This document shows positions 54,001 to 64,000 of a stretch of DNA of 64,000 nt, in pieces; the stretch's first letter is position 1, and each line of letters opens with the position of its first letter. Origin of the DNA: Trichoplax sp. H2 (Eukaryota); contig NOWV01000019.1 of NCBI GenBank assembly GCA_003344405.1, positions 744,001-808,000 on the forward strand, in the 5' to 3' direction. A program made the position numbers and the translations under genes. The notes under the pieces are model-generated. The model saw only the letters and a program-made list of their open reading frames with translations. It searched no databases and was not told where the DNA came from.

Positions 54001-57000
54001 CGTTGCATAAGTCATTTAGAACTAGATATCAAATTATTTTTTCTCTATATTTTAAATGTATTTACAAATTTATAGTAATACGAGTATACCAGATCATACA
54101 TTTCTAATTATTTTTTTAACTGGTGAAATGAATCCTTAGTTGATTGCTTAGAATCTATCAACTTTTTTTAGCCGTTGTTAAGACGATATTGTGGTCTATG
54201 AATTATTATGAGCAGGAATCAAGCTCTAAACTAATATATAGGCGACTAAGATATTATTGTAACCAATTGATATCAAAAAACAGTCTCAAGTTATTCCCTA
54301 TTCTTTCCAAGAAATTATATCAGTCATACATTTATAATTATATAATCATATGTAATATATCTTTACTAATATTGTAACTTGCATTGAGCGTATCCACGGT
54401 TGAGAAATTACGGTGTCTATCGGAAATATTTTAAATTCGTTAATTTCGAACAATCTAAATTAAAAGAACGTGATTAAATTAATAAGAAATTGTTGACATT
54501 TACAAAATTTCTACTTATTCACTAGATTCTATTTCAATAACAATTAGTAACATTATTAAATTCATTTAAAAATTATGCTATTTTCTGTTTATAATTCGAT
54601 CTTGTGTAAATAGCAGTAGATTTTTATTCATCGTTAGCATGAATTCTGTAATTCCAAGTTCGCTAATTCGGTTATCTTATATTTAATCGATGAGTCTTAA
54701 ACTAAACGTACATGGTACTATAAGGCAATATAACTCGATTAAACATTTTGTATAGAAAGCCGCGGTTACAGTTCATCCTTAAATCACTGCATTGACATTG
54801 CTTGAGGCATGGCACTTCAACTAAATGACGAGATACATAAAATTAGTCAATTAAGTATTAATCTAATGAAATAATTTCTTAATATCCGTCTATATCGAGA
54901 AAAACTACATTCTGTTATAGAATTAGTTTATAGTAAAATATTACAATGATAACGTTAAAGGTAGGATAATTTTGTTTAGTTTAGTCTTATAGGGACAATT
55001 TCTAATTTAGATATGTTGAGTACCAATAAAACACTTGCTTCTTATGAATTGTAACACTGAAGCTAATAATTATGTAAGATAGTTGAGATTAGCCTAATTA
55101 CATTCCGACCTATTATGATTATGAAAACTTGTTAATAGACTGTACGTCATGGAAAAAATGTGCTATAAATGGACATTGCTAAATCCGACTCTCTTATACC
55201 GGTCATTATGTGTGTCCCTATATAGGGCTATCTTGCTTATGAACTAAATTTCATGAACTGTTATGGCTCATGCATGATAGCAGCTGCAGAAGGGTATTTA
55301 ACCTAGGCAGATAGTTGAATAAAAGAGAGTTCTATAATTGTCTAACGAAGAAGTAAAAGCGTCTTAATTCTTGTGAGATAGTTAAGTGATACTGAATCCC
55401 GGAGACTATTATAATTTAAAGATTTGTTTTACATCATCATTGTCTCGAAGCTGGTTTGTGACACTATGCTTAATACCAAAGCATCATTAGTAGTTAAAAG
55501 GTAATCAGATTACATAGAAATGAAATACTATTTCTACTTTATCAATTGTAGTTTTACTTTACGAATAGCAATATCTTAGAAAACCTCCATTAACAGTTAT
55601 GGATTTACCATACTTGATAAAAGAAATTGGCTTACTTTTCAGTTCTACTTACTACTGTTCCTTTCAGGTGCTTTTGACAACACGCTAGATAAAGTTCCAT
55701 TTGGCCCCCACAATGGACAATCGATTATTTTATCAACTAATTATTTCAAAATGTAAAGATTCATAAGTATGCTATTCTGGAATGCATTGAAAGTACATTT
55801 GATTCTTATTTCATCACTTTCGATATCATTACTTTAATATCTATCGGCCATACCTGTAATAAATTCGTATTCGTAATTTAAAGAGTTATTCTTGACGGAA
55901 TAGATTTCTTTGCTAGAATTCCGAGGATATTTTTCATACGATGCTGTAATAAGGAATTATGATTAATGCTTTATTACGTCTGTAATGTAACTAGTATTGT
56001 GATTGTAGGCTGTTAGCCATGTTTAGTATAATGTACGGTAGATATTTATCCTAAGAGATATTTGGTAGCCATAGCTATAGACTGTAGTGGTATAGACTCT
56101 ATGCTAGAGTACAGATGACTATATACAGTAAAGTGTTGAGTTACTAATGAGGCTTTAGGTTAAAATAGAACTGTAAATCATATATTAGGATATGGTTAAT
56201 TCATTGTACTTTGGCTGGTATGAATAATGTCTACGTAAGTACTGTAGTCTTATCCATGTTGGATTAATGATGGTCCGCAGTAGAATTGTGTTACTAAGAA
56301 TAATTTAACTATGCGTGATATTAGGTAAAAGGTTGCATTGCGGATTGTAGCCGCGAATGCTACGAAAAGTATAAAAGCATGCAGCTTTAGATTATGCTGT
56401 TAGTTCGTTCTAGAAGTCTTTAATAGCAGTATTCGGCTAGAGTAGAGCTGTGTGTAGTTAATCTTTGTATAAGATTCAATAAAGCCGTTATTTTTCTAAA
56501 ATTTGGAATTTCGCGATTGGTATATATCACAGCGGCAAATAGTATCTCGCAGATTTAGTTAATACTGTGAATATTTCGAAATAATTCTGTCCTTTATCAA
56601 TAGTTATTATCTAAAAAAAGAGAATAAATCATCTAAGAACTAATTTTATACTTATTCTATAACTTACTAGTATAGCATAAATTTTATGGTGAGCGGAATT
56701 TTAACTGTGGTTAAAGTATAATAAGTTTGCCAGTGAATCTTACTACCAAGCTGAACTATTATAACAGATTCTATAAAATAGCCTCATACTAATAGGCTAC
56801 TATATTACAACTATCAAAAACATTATATAACTAGTGATCACTTATCAAAAAAAGAAACAGCTACAGAATATAACAATTGCAACAAGGAAGTTCCTTTAAT
56901 AAAATAGTTTAAATGTTAGGAAATAGTATCGAAAGAAATATAAGGTAGTAACTCGGAAACATTTATAGACATGTTTACGGAAGTGACATAGTTACGAAAA

Positions 57001-57897
57001 GATAAAAAAAGGGTAGGAAATCTTCAAATTCAGATAAGAAGAGTTAAAAGCAATAACAAATTGCTATATTTTCTTTGCTACATACATAATTATAATAAAG
57101 TTCTTTTAATTGTTGAGTTCGTGGATTTGTCCCTTTTTGTATACCTTACACTGAGAGAAGTGAATAGAATAGAACTTTTTACGGTATAGTATGATGCTAC
57201 GTATTATACACTGTCGATATTGTATTTCTTATTTAATTTACTTATAAGAGTTTAATCTGAAATTACATTTCGGCTACCAAATATTTCTTTTATGTTTTAT
57301 GCAATTAACGATATTAGATCAGAATAATGCGAGATCGTTTTGAAACATTTTGGATGAGTCGTTAATTGGACACCTCGCTATGATCTATTTTAGTTCTTAT
57401 CTACTTCAGAATAACTATGAAATGATGTCCATGATTGATTACTAGTAGTCATTATTGTCTTCTCTTTGCAAATAAAGAAGCTTTCAATCCTAATAAAAAT
57501 TTTCCTTAAGCTTTACTGTTTGTTGAAAGCCGCGGTTTGTAACAGAATTATTTTTCAATTCCTTTTAAAGCAAAATCGTAATATGAAATGTATGTGGTTT
57601 TCGAAATCAAATTATGTAATATTAACAACATAGCTTTTCTATGACCTAAATTGCACCTGAATCTTGTAATGCAGCTTAGATGATATTAAAATTGAAGTTT
57701 TATACCGCTTGAAAACTAGAATATATTTAATAAAGATTTAAAATAAATTTTGCACTAAGCTGTTATCATTACTATTATGTATTATTTACCGCATCGCAAC
57801 TCATCGTACTTATTGGGGCAATCCCATTTGCAATCACAGCGTTGCCAAAGCTTATATCTGGGCTGATATCCGAAACCGCATAAAACAGCATTGCTAT
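18776..57897 (-). CDS. Giant LDLa-LRRNT-(LRR)x~50-hinge-7TM-pseudokinase receptor (RXFP/GRL101-like type C LGR with fused kinase-like domain); signal-peptide exon not located
   Basis: Phase-compatible chain of minus-strand AG/GT exons: LDLa 57897-57790, linker 55736-55653, LRRNT 54820-54712, about 50 phase-2/2 LRR exons from 52289 to 23571, hinge+7TM 23408-22342, linker 22202-22129, and kinase-like exons 21048-20816, 20659-20461, 20293-20063, 18898-18776 (TAA). Roughly 1900-2000 aa if all exons are used. Confidence 0.8.
22342..23408 (-). CDS. Single exon encoding the LGR hinge and complete rhodopsin-type 7TM domain
   Basis: Hinge YLCCIAPPVAKRCNPLPDQLNLSTCSSIL; TM1 LRIFIWAIGTISIIGN; TM2 NLSIADLMMG; TM3 VTLDRY; TM6 TDLICWLP; TM7 LPLNSCINPILY. 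The acceptor lies just before 23408 and a GTAAGT donor follows 22342. Confidence 0.95.
23571..52289 (-). CDS. Array of about 50 single-LRR exons (mostly 72 nt, range 66-84, all phase 2/2)
   Basis: Examples: 23571-23642 HLENNPLLNFNAKAMHGLIHLRF; 25946-26017; 29002-29073; 30541-30612 DISNNLFKQLPREAFHSLKHLSH; 32273-32344 DLSENKIRYIHGETFGKLSSLRK; 32443-32514; 33270-33341; 34441-34512; 37239-37310; 38385-38456 QLEHNKIISLGDSAFASMPQLQT; 41179-41250; 43561-43632; 45950-46021; 50768-50839; 51742-51813 DLTTNIITVVEEDAFAGLENLRL; 52212-52289. All are bounded by AG and GT (one GC) and fit LxxNxIxxIxxxxFxxLxxLxxL to varying degrees. Confidence 0.9.
35665..36141. repeat. Interspersed repeat family B, copy 1 (intronic)
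   Basis: About 480 bp colinear, diverged direct match to 56060-56532; shared blocks include TGTTGAGTTACTA, TCATATATTAGGATATG, GGATTAATGATGGTCCGC and CTAGAGTAGAGC. Confidence 0.85.
42691..43312. repeat. Interspersed repeat family A, intronic copy
   Basis: Colinear match to 5894-6688 (ACAGTGTTATATACTGTATTAGAGTAG ... TTACGTTATCTTGTTGCAAAGCT) without the internal duplication; the same spurious ORF appears at 5211, 5977 and 42824. Confidence 0.9.
45699..45720. repeat. (ATTG)5 microsatellite
   Basis: TTGATTGATTGATTGATTGAT is directly visible. Confidence 0.8.
54712..54820 (-). CDS. LRR N-terminal cap (LRRNT) exon
   Basis: EVPCLKQCQCSDLRMNCNRGFL (CxxxCxC...C pattern); phase-1 acceptor and phase-2 donor that matches the LRR exons. 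Confidence 0.8.
56060..56532. repeat. Interspersed repeat family B, copy 2 (intronic)
   Basis: Diverged direct match to 35665-36141. Confidence 0.85.
57790..57897 (-). CDS. LDL-receptor class A (LDLa)-like module exon
   Basis: SNAVLCGFGYQPRYKLWQRCDCKWDCPNKYDELRC resembles the LDLa CDGxxDCxxxxDExxC pattern; 108-nt phase-1/1 exon, typical of LDLa exons. Confidence 0.78.
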
Positions 57898-60860
57898 CTA
57901 TGGGGATAAATTGATGTTAATTTAATGGAATGTTTCTTAAATTAAAGGTCAGTGTTGGTAAGATGCTAAATATTAATATTAATCCTATTAATTTAGAAAT
58001 ATGTTTGTTCTAGAAATTACATGCAACAAATCTTACTATACGTACTGCATAAATATGCCAAGAAAATACAGAGAGAAAGGTGAAATTTAGCTATTGCAGG
58101 TATTTTCTTTATCATCATTTTTGCAATTCGAATGATGTAGCCTAGGATCGAAGAAGAGGTGTGTCTTCATCCAATACTCCTGCTATTTATACGAAATATT
58201 CAGAGTGGTCTATCTTAGAGAAAGAAGGCAACCAATGATATTTTTATCAATTCAACTTTAAAATTATTGTCATTAATTGGACTATTCAATTCTTTATAAG
58301 CAATATTTTCAACATTTTCAATGCTATCATCATTACATTCTTTAAAATTGAATACCTTTATCCCAAACAGTAAAAATTATGATGTAATACTAAATCATGA
58401 TAACATTTCAGTTAATTAGTCCAACATGGGAATTATAGCAATAATTTAGCAGCCGTATTACTGAAATAAACGCGGGCTTTGTCTTATCTACGATATCAAG
58501 TTTGTGTATCTGGAGCATCTCACTGCTGTAAACTTTGCTTCACTTTAATTTTAACGAGTTTTAGATTTCAGTAATATTTTTATTACTTAGATTTCATTTT
58601 CTACTGTCTAAGTAGTCACACATACAATGACAATGTGTATAATAATGTAATCTTAAGAAAATGACGCTATAAAGTTATTAATCTACATAAATTACTAAGA
58701 ATCTGAAATAAAATTTTTCTGTCGACGTCTAATGCAGTAAAAACAGGATGTAGCGTCGTTATCCTTACTTTGTCAGATTACCATACATTGCATAAGAACA
58801 ATAAAGAAAAAAGATAACGTTAGATTAAATTACAAGTGAATACCTTTTTATTATTTTCAGTGCAAATATTGATTAGCCAGAATCTTTAATGTGCAAAGAT
58901 TACTGTCAGAAATCAAAAAAAAATGATGAGTAATACCAGTATTACAAAGCAGTTTGAAAGGTTGATATATGAACTATCCATAAAGTAGCAATTAATGGCT
59001 CATCGGAAGTAAGTTACGAAATCGATACTTTTAGAACTCGATCCGCCCTTATCCTTATTTAAACAAATGAAATACATAAATGATTTTTATTATTGCAGTA
59101 TAATCACATTGAATGTTAAACTAGCACAAAATTTATTGGTAATATCAAGCAGATGGTCTTCTCCTTGCTAGAATAGTGTGACAAAACCTGTCGTACTAAC
59201 TGTAATTAGCGTTTAGATCATACAAGTAATTTCATAATAGCAGATTTTATTACTGATTCTATACCGATTGCGATACTACGTAACAATATAACAGCTCTGA
59301 CAGACAAGGAAAACTTCTTACAACAGCAGATCTTAGAAAAAAGGGCTAGAACAACAGTAACAGAAAAGCATAGCTGCTTAAATACGTCATCTAACTTTAT
59401 TACAGTATAACGATTGCAAACAACATCAATTAAGACTTACAGAACTTAGCATGAGAATAAAATTCTTTAATTATAATTAGTATTACATTCTGTAAAGCAG
59501 AAATCAATATACTCGAACTATTGCAAATATTACATATATTACACCTTTAATTGTCAACAGCCCCAGATTTTGATATTATTTTTAAATTATATCTAATTTA
59601 TTTTTACATAACATGTTGACAACGACAGCTTATCTAACAGCTTCTTTACCAATAGTAATTTAGAATTTACAGACAGCAAAGAACTGATATTTTTTTATCT
59701 ACTTCTTTTGCATTATAATTTTTACTCAACTTTAGATAAAAGAAAATTCCATCTCTTGAAATGATTTTAAATTTACTAATTGCATGTATCTCATTAGCCT
59801 TAAATTAAATTCTGGGGAAGAAGAAGATATATGTCTTTTCTTTATTATTTATGTAGCTACTGGGATTAATATCATAGGTAATTAAATCTATTGATCTCTG
59901 TATTATTAATAATATAATAAAAGAATTCCTTACTTATAAGTAGATACATGAAAAAAATATTGCAATATAAGGCGATACTTTATTATCACAATTCTACGCT
60001 AAATTTTCTATCTAGTAGTGAGATAATAACTTCTTCATGCGTTGCTAATTATTTTTTTGAAGACTAAGATTATTAATTATCCACATATGTTATACTGGAT
60101 AAGCTCAGAACTTTCCGAATTAATATAGATTCTGATGCTAATCATAAATTTTCAGATTTTAATTAGCTTGGGAAATTTAACTTCTTTAGTCTACCGTAAT
60201 TATCATTCATATAATATATTTTGGCCGTTGTTGCATATCGTAAATATTACTTGCTAATGGAGTATTACAACTTTAATTTACATGGAGATAATTGCCTATT
60301 GTCACGAAGAGATTCCGTATCGTTTACTGTTACCTAATTTGATTTTACTTTAACGATAAATTTGGCCATGCGGTTGTAAATCACTACCGGACTCAATTTG
60401 TGCTCAAAGTGGCTTCTACGTGCATTTGCATTGATGACAGCTTTTATGAGTTTTGTATTAAGTTATGTCTTTGACCTTGTCGTTGTATCTGCTTTTATGG
60501 TAAAGCAATAAAGTCCACAATACAAAACCCGTTTTATCATCTACGAAAATTACATGCTTGTCCGTAAACAACAAACTTTACTTTGTATCGATTTGCAATT
60601 AGCAATTAGCAACGGTTATTACACATAACAATAATATTTTCATATACGTAGAAGTTTAAAACTTATTATGACGTTAAGTTGTCATACGTGTATATTAAGT
60701 GAACAAAAATTAATTATAATCTAAAAATTTATGATTATTTTCTATATCTCAATTATTCCAGAGAAAATTTATTTGAAGAAAATACATAGTAGTAGCATAA
60801 GCAATTTTGGTAACAAGTATTAATGACGATACAATTGTTGTAAGATCTATTGTATACATT

Positions 60861-61007
60861 TTAGACCATCCGAAAGTATCAAAACTACTTACAATCTTTC
60901 GTTACCCCCCCCCCCCCNNNNNNNNNNNNNNNNNNNNCCCCCCCCCCCATCACTATTATAGGGTAACGAAAGATTGTAAGTAGTTTTGATACTTTCTGCT
61001 GGTCTAA
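60861..61007. mobile_element. MITE-like element with 47-bp terminal inverted repeats, a poly-C interior and a gap
   Basis: 60861-60907 TTAGACCATCCGAAAGTATCAAAACTACTTACAATCTTTCGTTACCC is the reverse complement of 60961-61007 with 2 mismatches. Flanks TATACATT (60853-60860) and TATACATG (61008-61015) look like an 8-bp target-site duplication. Confidence 0.7.
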
Positions 61008-62550
61008 TATACATGTTAGATAAGAACAGTATAGAGCAATACATATGCAGTATTTATTACTTGATTGAAAGCTATAAGTAGGTTTGAAAGTGATTGCTAG
61101 CTATATACCTAAATCTAATAATCCCGTATACAGTACTTGCGTTTGATCCTTATAGAAGAACAGCACAATAAATGGATGTAGTTGGTAACGATAATAGAGA
61201 CTGAATAACATGTACCTGCTATATCTTTCTTTTAATAATATCGTCCACTTTCTAGCTGTGGTTGTCATTATGGAAATAAAATAAAAATAAATAGTAACAG
61301 TATACTTGAGAACATATAACTAATGATAATTTAGTAAGTACGATATTGTAATTCATCGCAAGTAATAATATTGGCATCTAGGTAATTTTAAGGAATAACT
61401 GACAGTATGATAGTAGTCTACAATCACAAGCTTAAGTGGCAAAATATTAAAACAAGTTAGCTACTCTGTCATTCTACAGTCGATGTACTGCGTAACCGAG
61501 TTTAATTATCTTTTACATGTAATATTTGTAAAAGTAGCGAATGGAATGTATTCTTGCAGAACAGCACTGGCAACAAAGTTCTAAGGTTCTATGCCTCTAG
61601 CAGATTCTAGAGTTACAATTAGTTCACTCTTTACCTGAATCATATCCGAAAAAGGCATCTGATTATTTTGCCATCCATAGCTTGTCCGGGAAGTTGGCGA
61701 GGATCTAAGAGTATATATCAAGATATACTACTATTAAAATTACTAGCAGACTACCCGTTGAAATGAACGGGAATTAAATTCAAAGCAAGCACATAACTTG
61801 TAGATAAACATCAATTGAATACTCTCGGAACTTATCCAAATTCAAAGAAATGAGCGTTGTCGTCGCAAAGGTATGGAAAATCTGACTAGTGCGGAATAAA
61901 TTATCCAGTTTCTCACGGTTACCCGTTTGGGAAAGAAATTCGTAATTTTAGTCCAATTTTCTCTTTCTCAACAATACCTTCCAGTTTAATTAACGATAAT
62001 TAGTTAATAAAAGTTATTTTTCTATATTAAATCGATGTAAAAGGTTCTCTTTTATTTAGGCATATGCTGTAAATTACTGACTCTCTCATTGGCAAGGAAC
62101 CAATGAATTGAGCACATATTATAGCAGATACATACAAGACCAGAGAGTATTCTCTACTTTCCGCCTCNNNNNNNNNNNNNNNNNNNNCCCCCCGCCCTCA
62201 GGAAAAAGGATACTCGTCAATTTTTTGCCATTTAATTCATTAACTTAAGACAAAACACTAACGACGAGCAAGGCTGTTCTGGACTCCTAGATGTGCTAGG
62301 AAGATTGCCTAAAAATAGTCCATGACGTGATCCTGTATAGACCGATAAGACGACGTGACTTGTAAAATGGTTGAAGCGACCAAACATGTAACAGCGACCA
62401 ATAGTTTGTATAAGAAACATTAAGGCAACATTATAACTAAATATCTTTCAACCATTTTCGAGGGCCTCGCCACTCCCCGGCACTGTAATTGTGATCTTCT
62501 ACTGCCCATTTCAGTATACTGAAGTACTCTATACTTCAGATGGACGGATT

Positions 62551-63540
62551 TCTTCGATCGCAACGTCGAAAATACGGTAGTTAGTTGGTTTTTAGTTCGA
62601 AATGTCTGTCCGTATGGTTAGGTTCAGCTCATAGAGTTGACTTAACTCTATGGTTCAGCTAGAGCCATTTTTAACACTACTACATTCATACTGTTTTTTA
62701 CAGTTAATACTATACAGTACTGTAGTGTACAGTACAGTACAGTACAGTACAGTACAGTAAGAAGTACTGTACATTCAGTATGCAGTACTGTACTTGACAA
62801 AATTTTTGTTATTGCACAGTACGGTACTGTACTTTACAGTGTACAGTATGTAGCATAGCTGCACTGGTACTTGTAAAATGCGTGAGAATCACATGATCGT
62901 AACGAATCGTAACCATACTGTACGGTAGACCACTACAGTACAGTCACCACAGTGCACCAAGTCCAGTACTGTACAGTACAGTACTGTACTGTACCGTACT
63001 GNNNNNNNNNNNNNNNNNNNNCTTCGATCGCAACGTCGAAAATACGGTAGTTAGTCGGTTTTTGACTACGAAATGTCTGTCCGTATGGTTAGGTTCAGCT
63101 CATAGAGTTAACTTAACTCTACAGTGCATGGTTCAGCTAGAGCCATTTTTAACACTACTGTACAGTACAGTACTGTACACTGTACACTCAGTGAGTGTAC
63201 AGTACAGATTGTACAGTACTACATGCATACAGTACTGTACTGTACACTCATTAGTGAGTGTACAGTGTACAGTACTTGACAAAATTTTTGTTATTGCACA
63301 GTACAGTACAATACAGTACTGTACAGTACAGTATATTGCATAGCTGCACTGGTACTTGTAAAATGCGTGAGAATCACATGATCGTAACGAATCGTAACCA
63401 TGGACCACTACAGCACTGTACCACAGTGCACCAAGTCCAGTACTGTACAGTACAGTACTGTACTGTACCGTACTGTACGTACTGTACAGTACGGTACGGT
63501 ACTGTGCTGTACAGTGTACAGTACGACAGTATACTGTATC
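62551..63540. repeat. Duplicated unit (62551-63001 and 63022-~63475) around a 20-N gap, rich in CAGTA/TACTG palindromic microsatellite
   Basis: Both copies start CTTCGATCGCAACGTCGAAAATACGGTAGTTAG and share GCACTGGTACTTGTAAAATGCGTGAGAATCACATGATCG; (CAGTA)n runs are visible at about 62725-62760. Confidence 0.88.
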
Positions 63541-63665
63541 TTTGCTAGTCCATCATTCTGTCTGTGTGTCCGCATACTACAGAGTAATAACACTTAAATA
63601 TCCAAGACAAGTCACTGTCGATACGTTTTAAACTGCTTATACTGTCTGTGTACCATAAAATCAAA

Positions 63666-64000
63666 ATGGCAATGATGAAAACGATTCACTGGTTCAAACC
63701 GTTGATTCTGTTGATATTGGTGGCTTATCCAGCCATGTGTGTGGTATGGCCGATGCCTCAAATGATGTCAACAACCTCGACTGTACTCACAATTAATTCA
63801 AAAAAATTTACCTTTCAATCGAGCAGCAAGAGCGATATATTACATCAGGCATTCGAAAGATACATGAATATAAGCTTCATTCCATTAGGGAAACAAATTC
63901 AACCACAACTTTCGGAATCTTTCAACGTTACTGCTAGTAGTGGTAGTCTTACCAGTTTGAAAGTAAACGTCCATAGTTCAAAGGAAGAATTAAATCTGGA
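63666..64000 (+). CDS. Beta-hexosaminidase (GH20, HexA/HexB-like) N-terminal region, truncated by window end
   Basis: ATG 63666: signal-peptide-like MAMMKTIHWFKPLILLILVAYPAMC, then VWPMPQ, FTF, DILHQAFERY and LKVNVHS..LNL. These match the WPxP ... IL..AF.RY motifs of the hexosaminidase N-terminal domain. Confidence 0.85.
   Translation, partial: MAMMKTIHWFKPLILLILVAYPAMCVVWPMPQMMSTTSTVLTINSKKFTFQSSSKSDILHQAFERYMNISFIPLGKQIQPQLSESFNVTASSGSLTSLKVNVHSSKEELNL

Noticed and set aside
58700-59450. Candidate signal-peptide exons for the giant receptor
   Set aside because: The hydrophobic minus-strand frames examined either lack an in-frame ATG or hit stops before a suitable donor; not supportable.
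63062-63597. Five overlapping ORFs on both strands
   Set aside because: Same low-complexity repeat artefact.

Overview
AT-rich, intron-dense animal genomic DNA with four 20-N assembly gaps. The short GT-AG introns and gene content suggest a compact basal metazoan genome, with Trichoplax/placozoan a plausible but unproven source. Four protein genes are visible. (1) The 3' part of a rhodopsin-class GPCR gene on + (1-3113). (2) A complete multi-exon SCAPER orthologue on + (~9144-16745). (3) A very large minus-strand gene (~57897 to 18776) whose spliced exons read LDLa, linker, LRRNT, about 50 single-exon LRRs, Cys-rich hinge, 7TM (RXFP/GRL101-like, type C LGR), then an intracellular protein-kinase-like domain. 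(4) The 5' end of a beta-hexosaminidase on + (63666 onward). The main finding is that both GPCR genes splice in frame from TM7 into a homologous set of kinase-fold exons with identical intron phases and partly identical exon lengths. They lack the catalytic Asp and DFG, which points to a paralogous family of GPCR-pseudokinase fusion receptors, one with a giant modular LRR ectodomain. Also present are two interspersed repeat families, a MITE-like inverted-repeat element, CAGTA/TACTG palindromic microsatellite fields and gap-flanking duplications. All exon structures were read by eye and need transcript confirmation.
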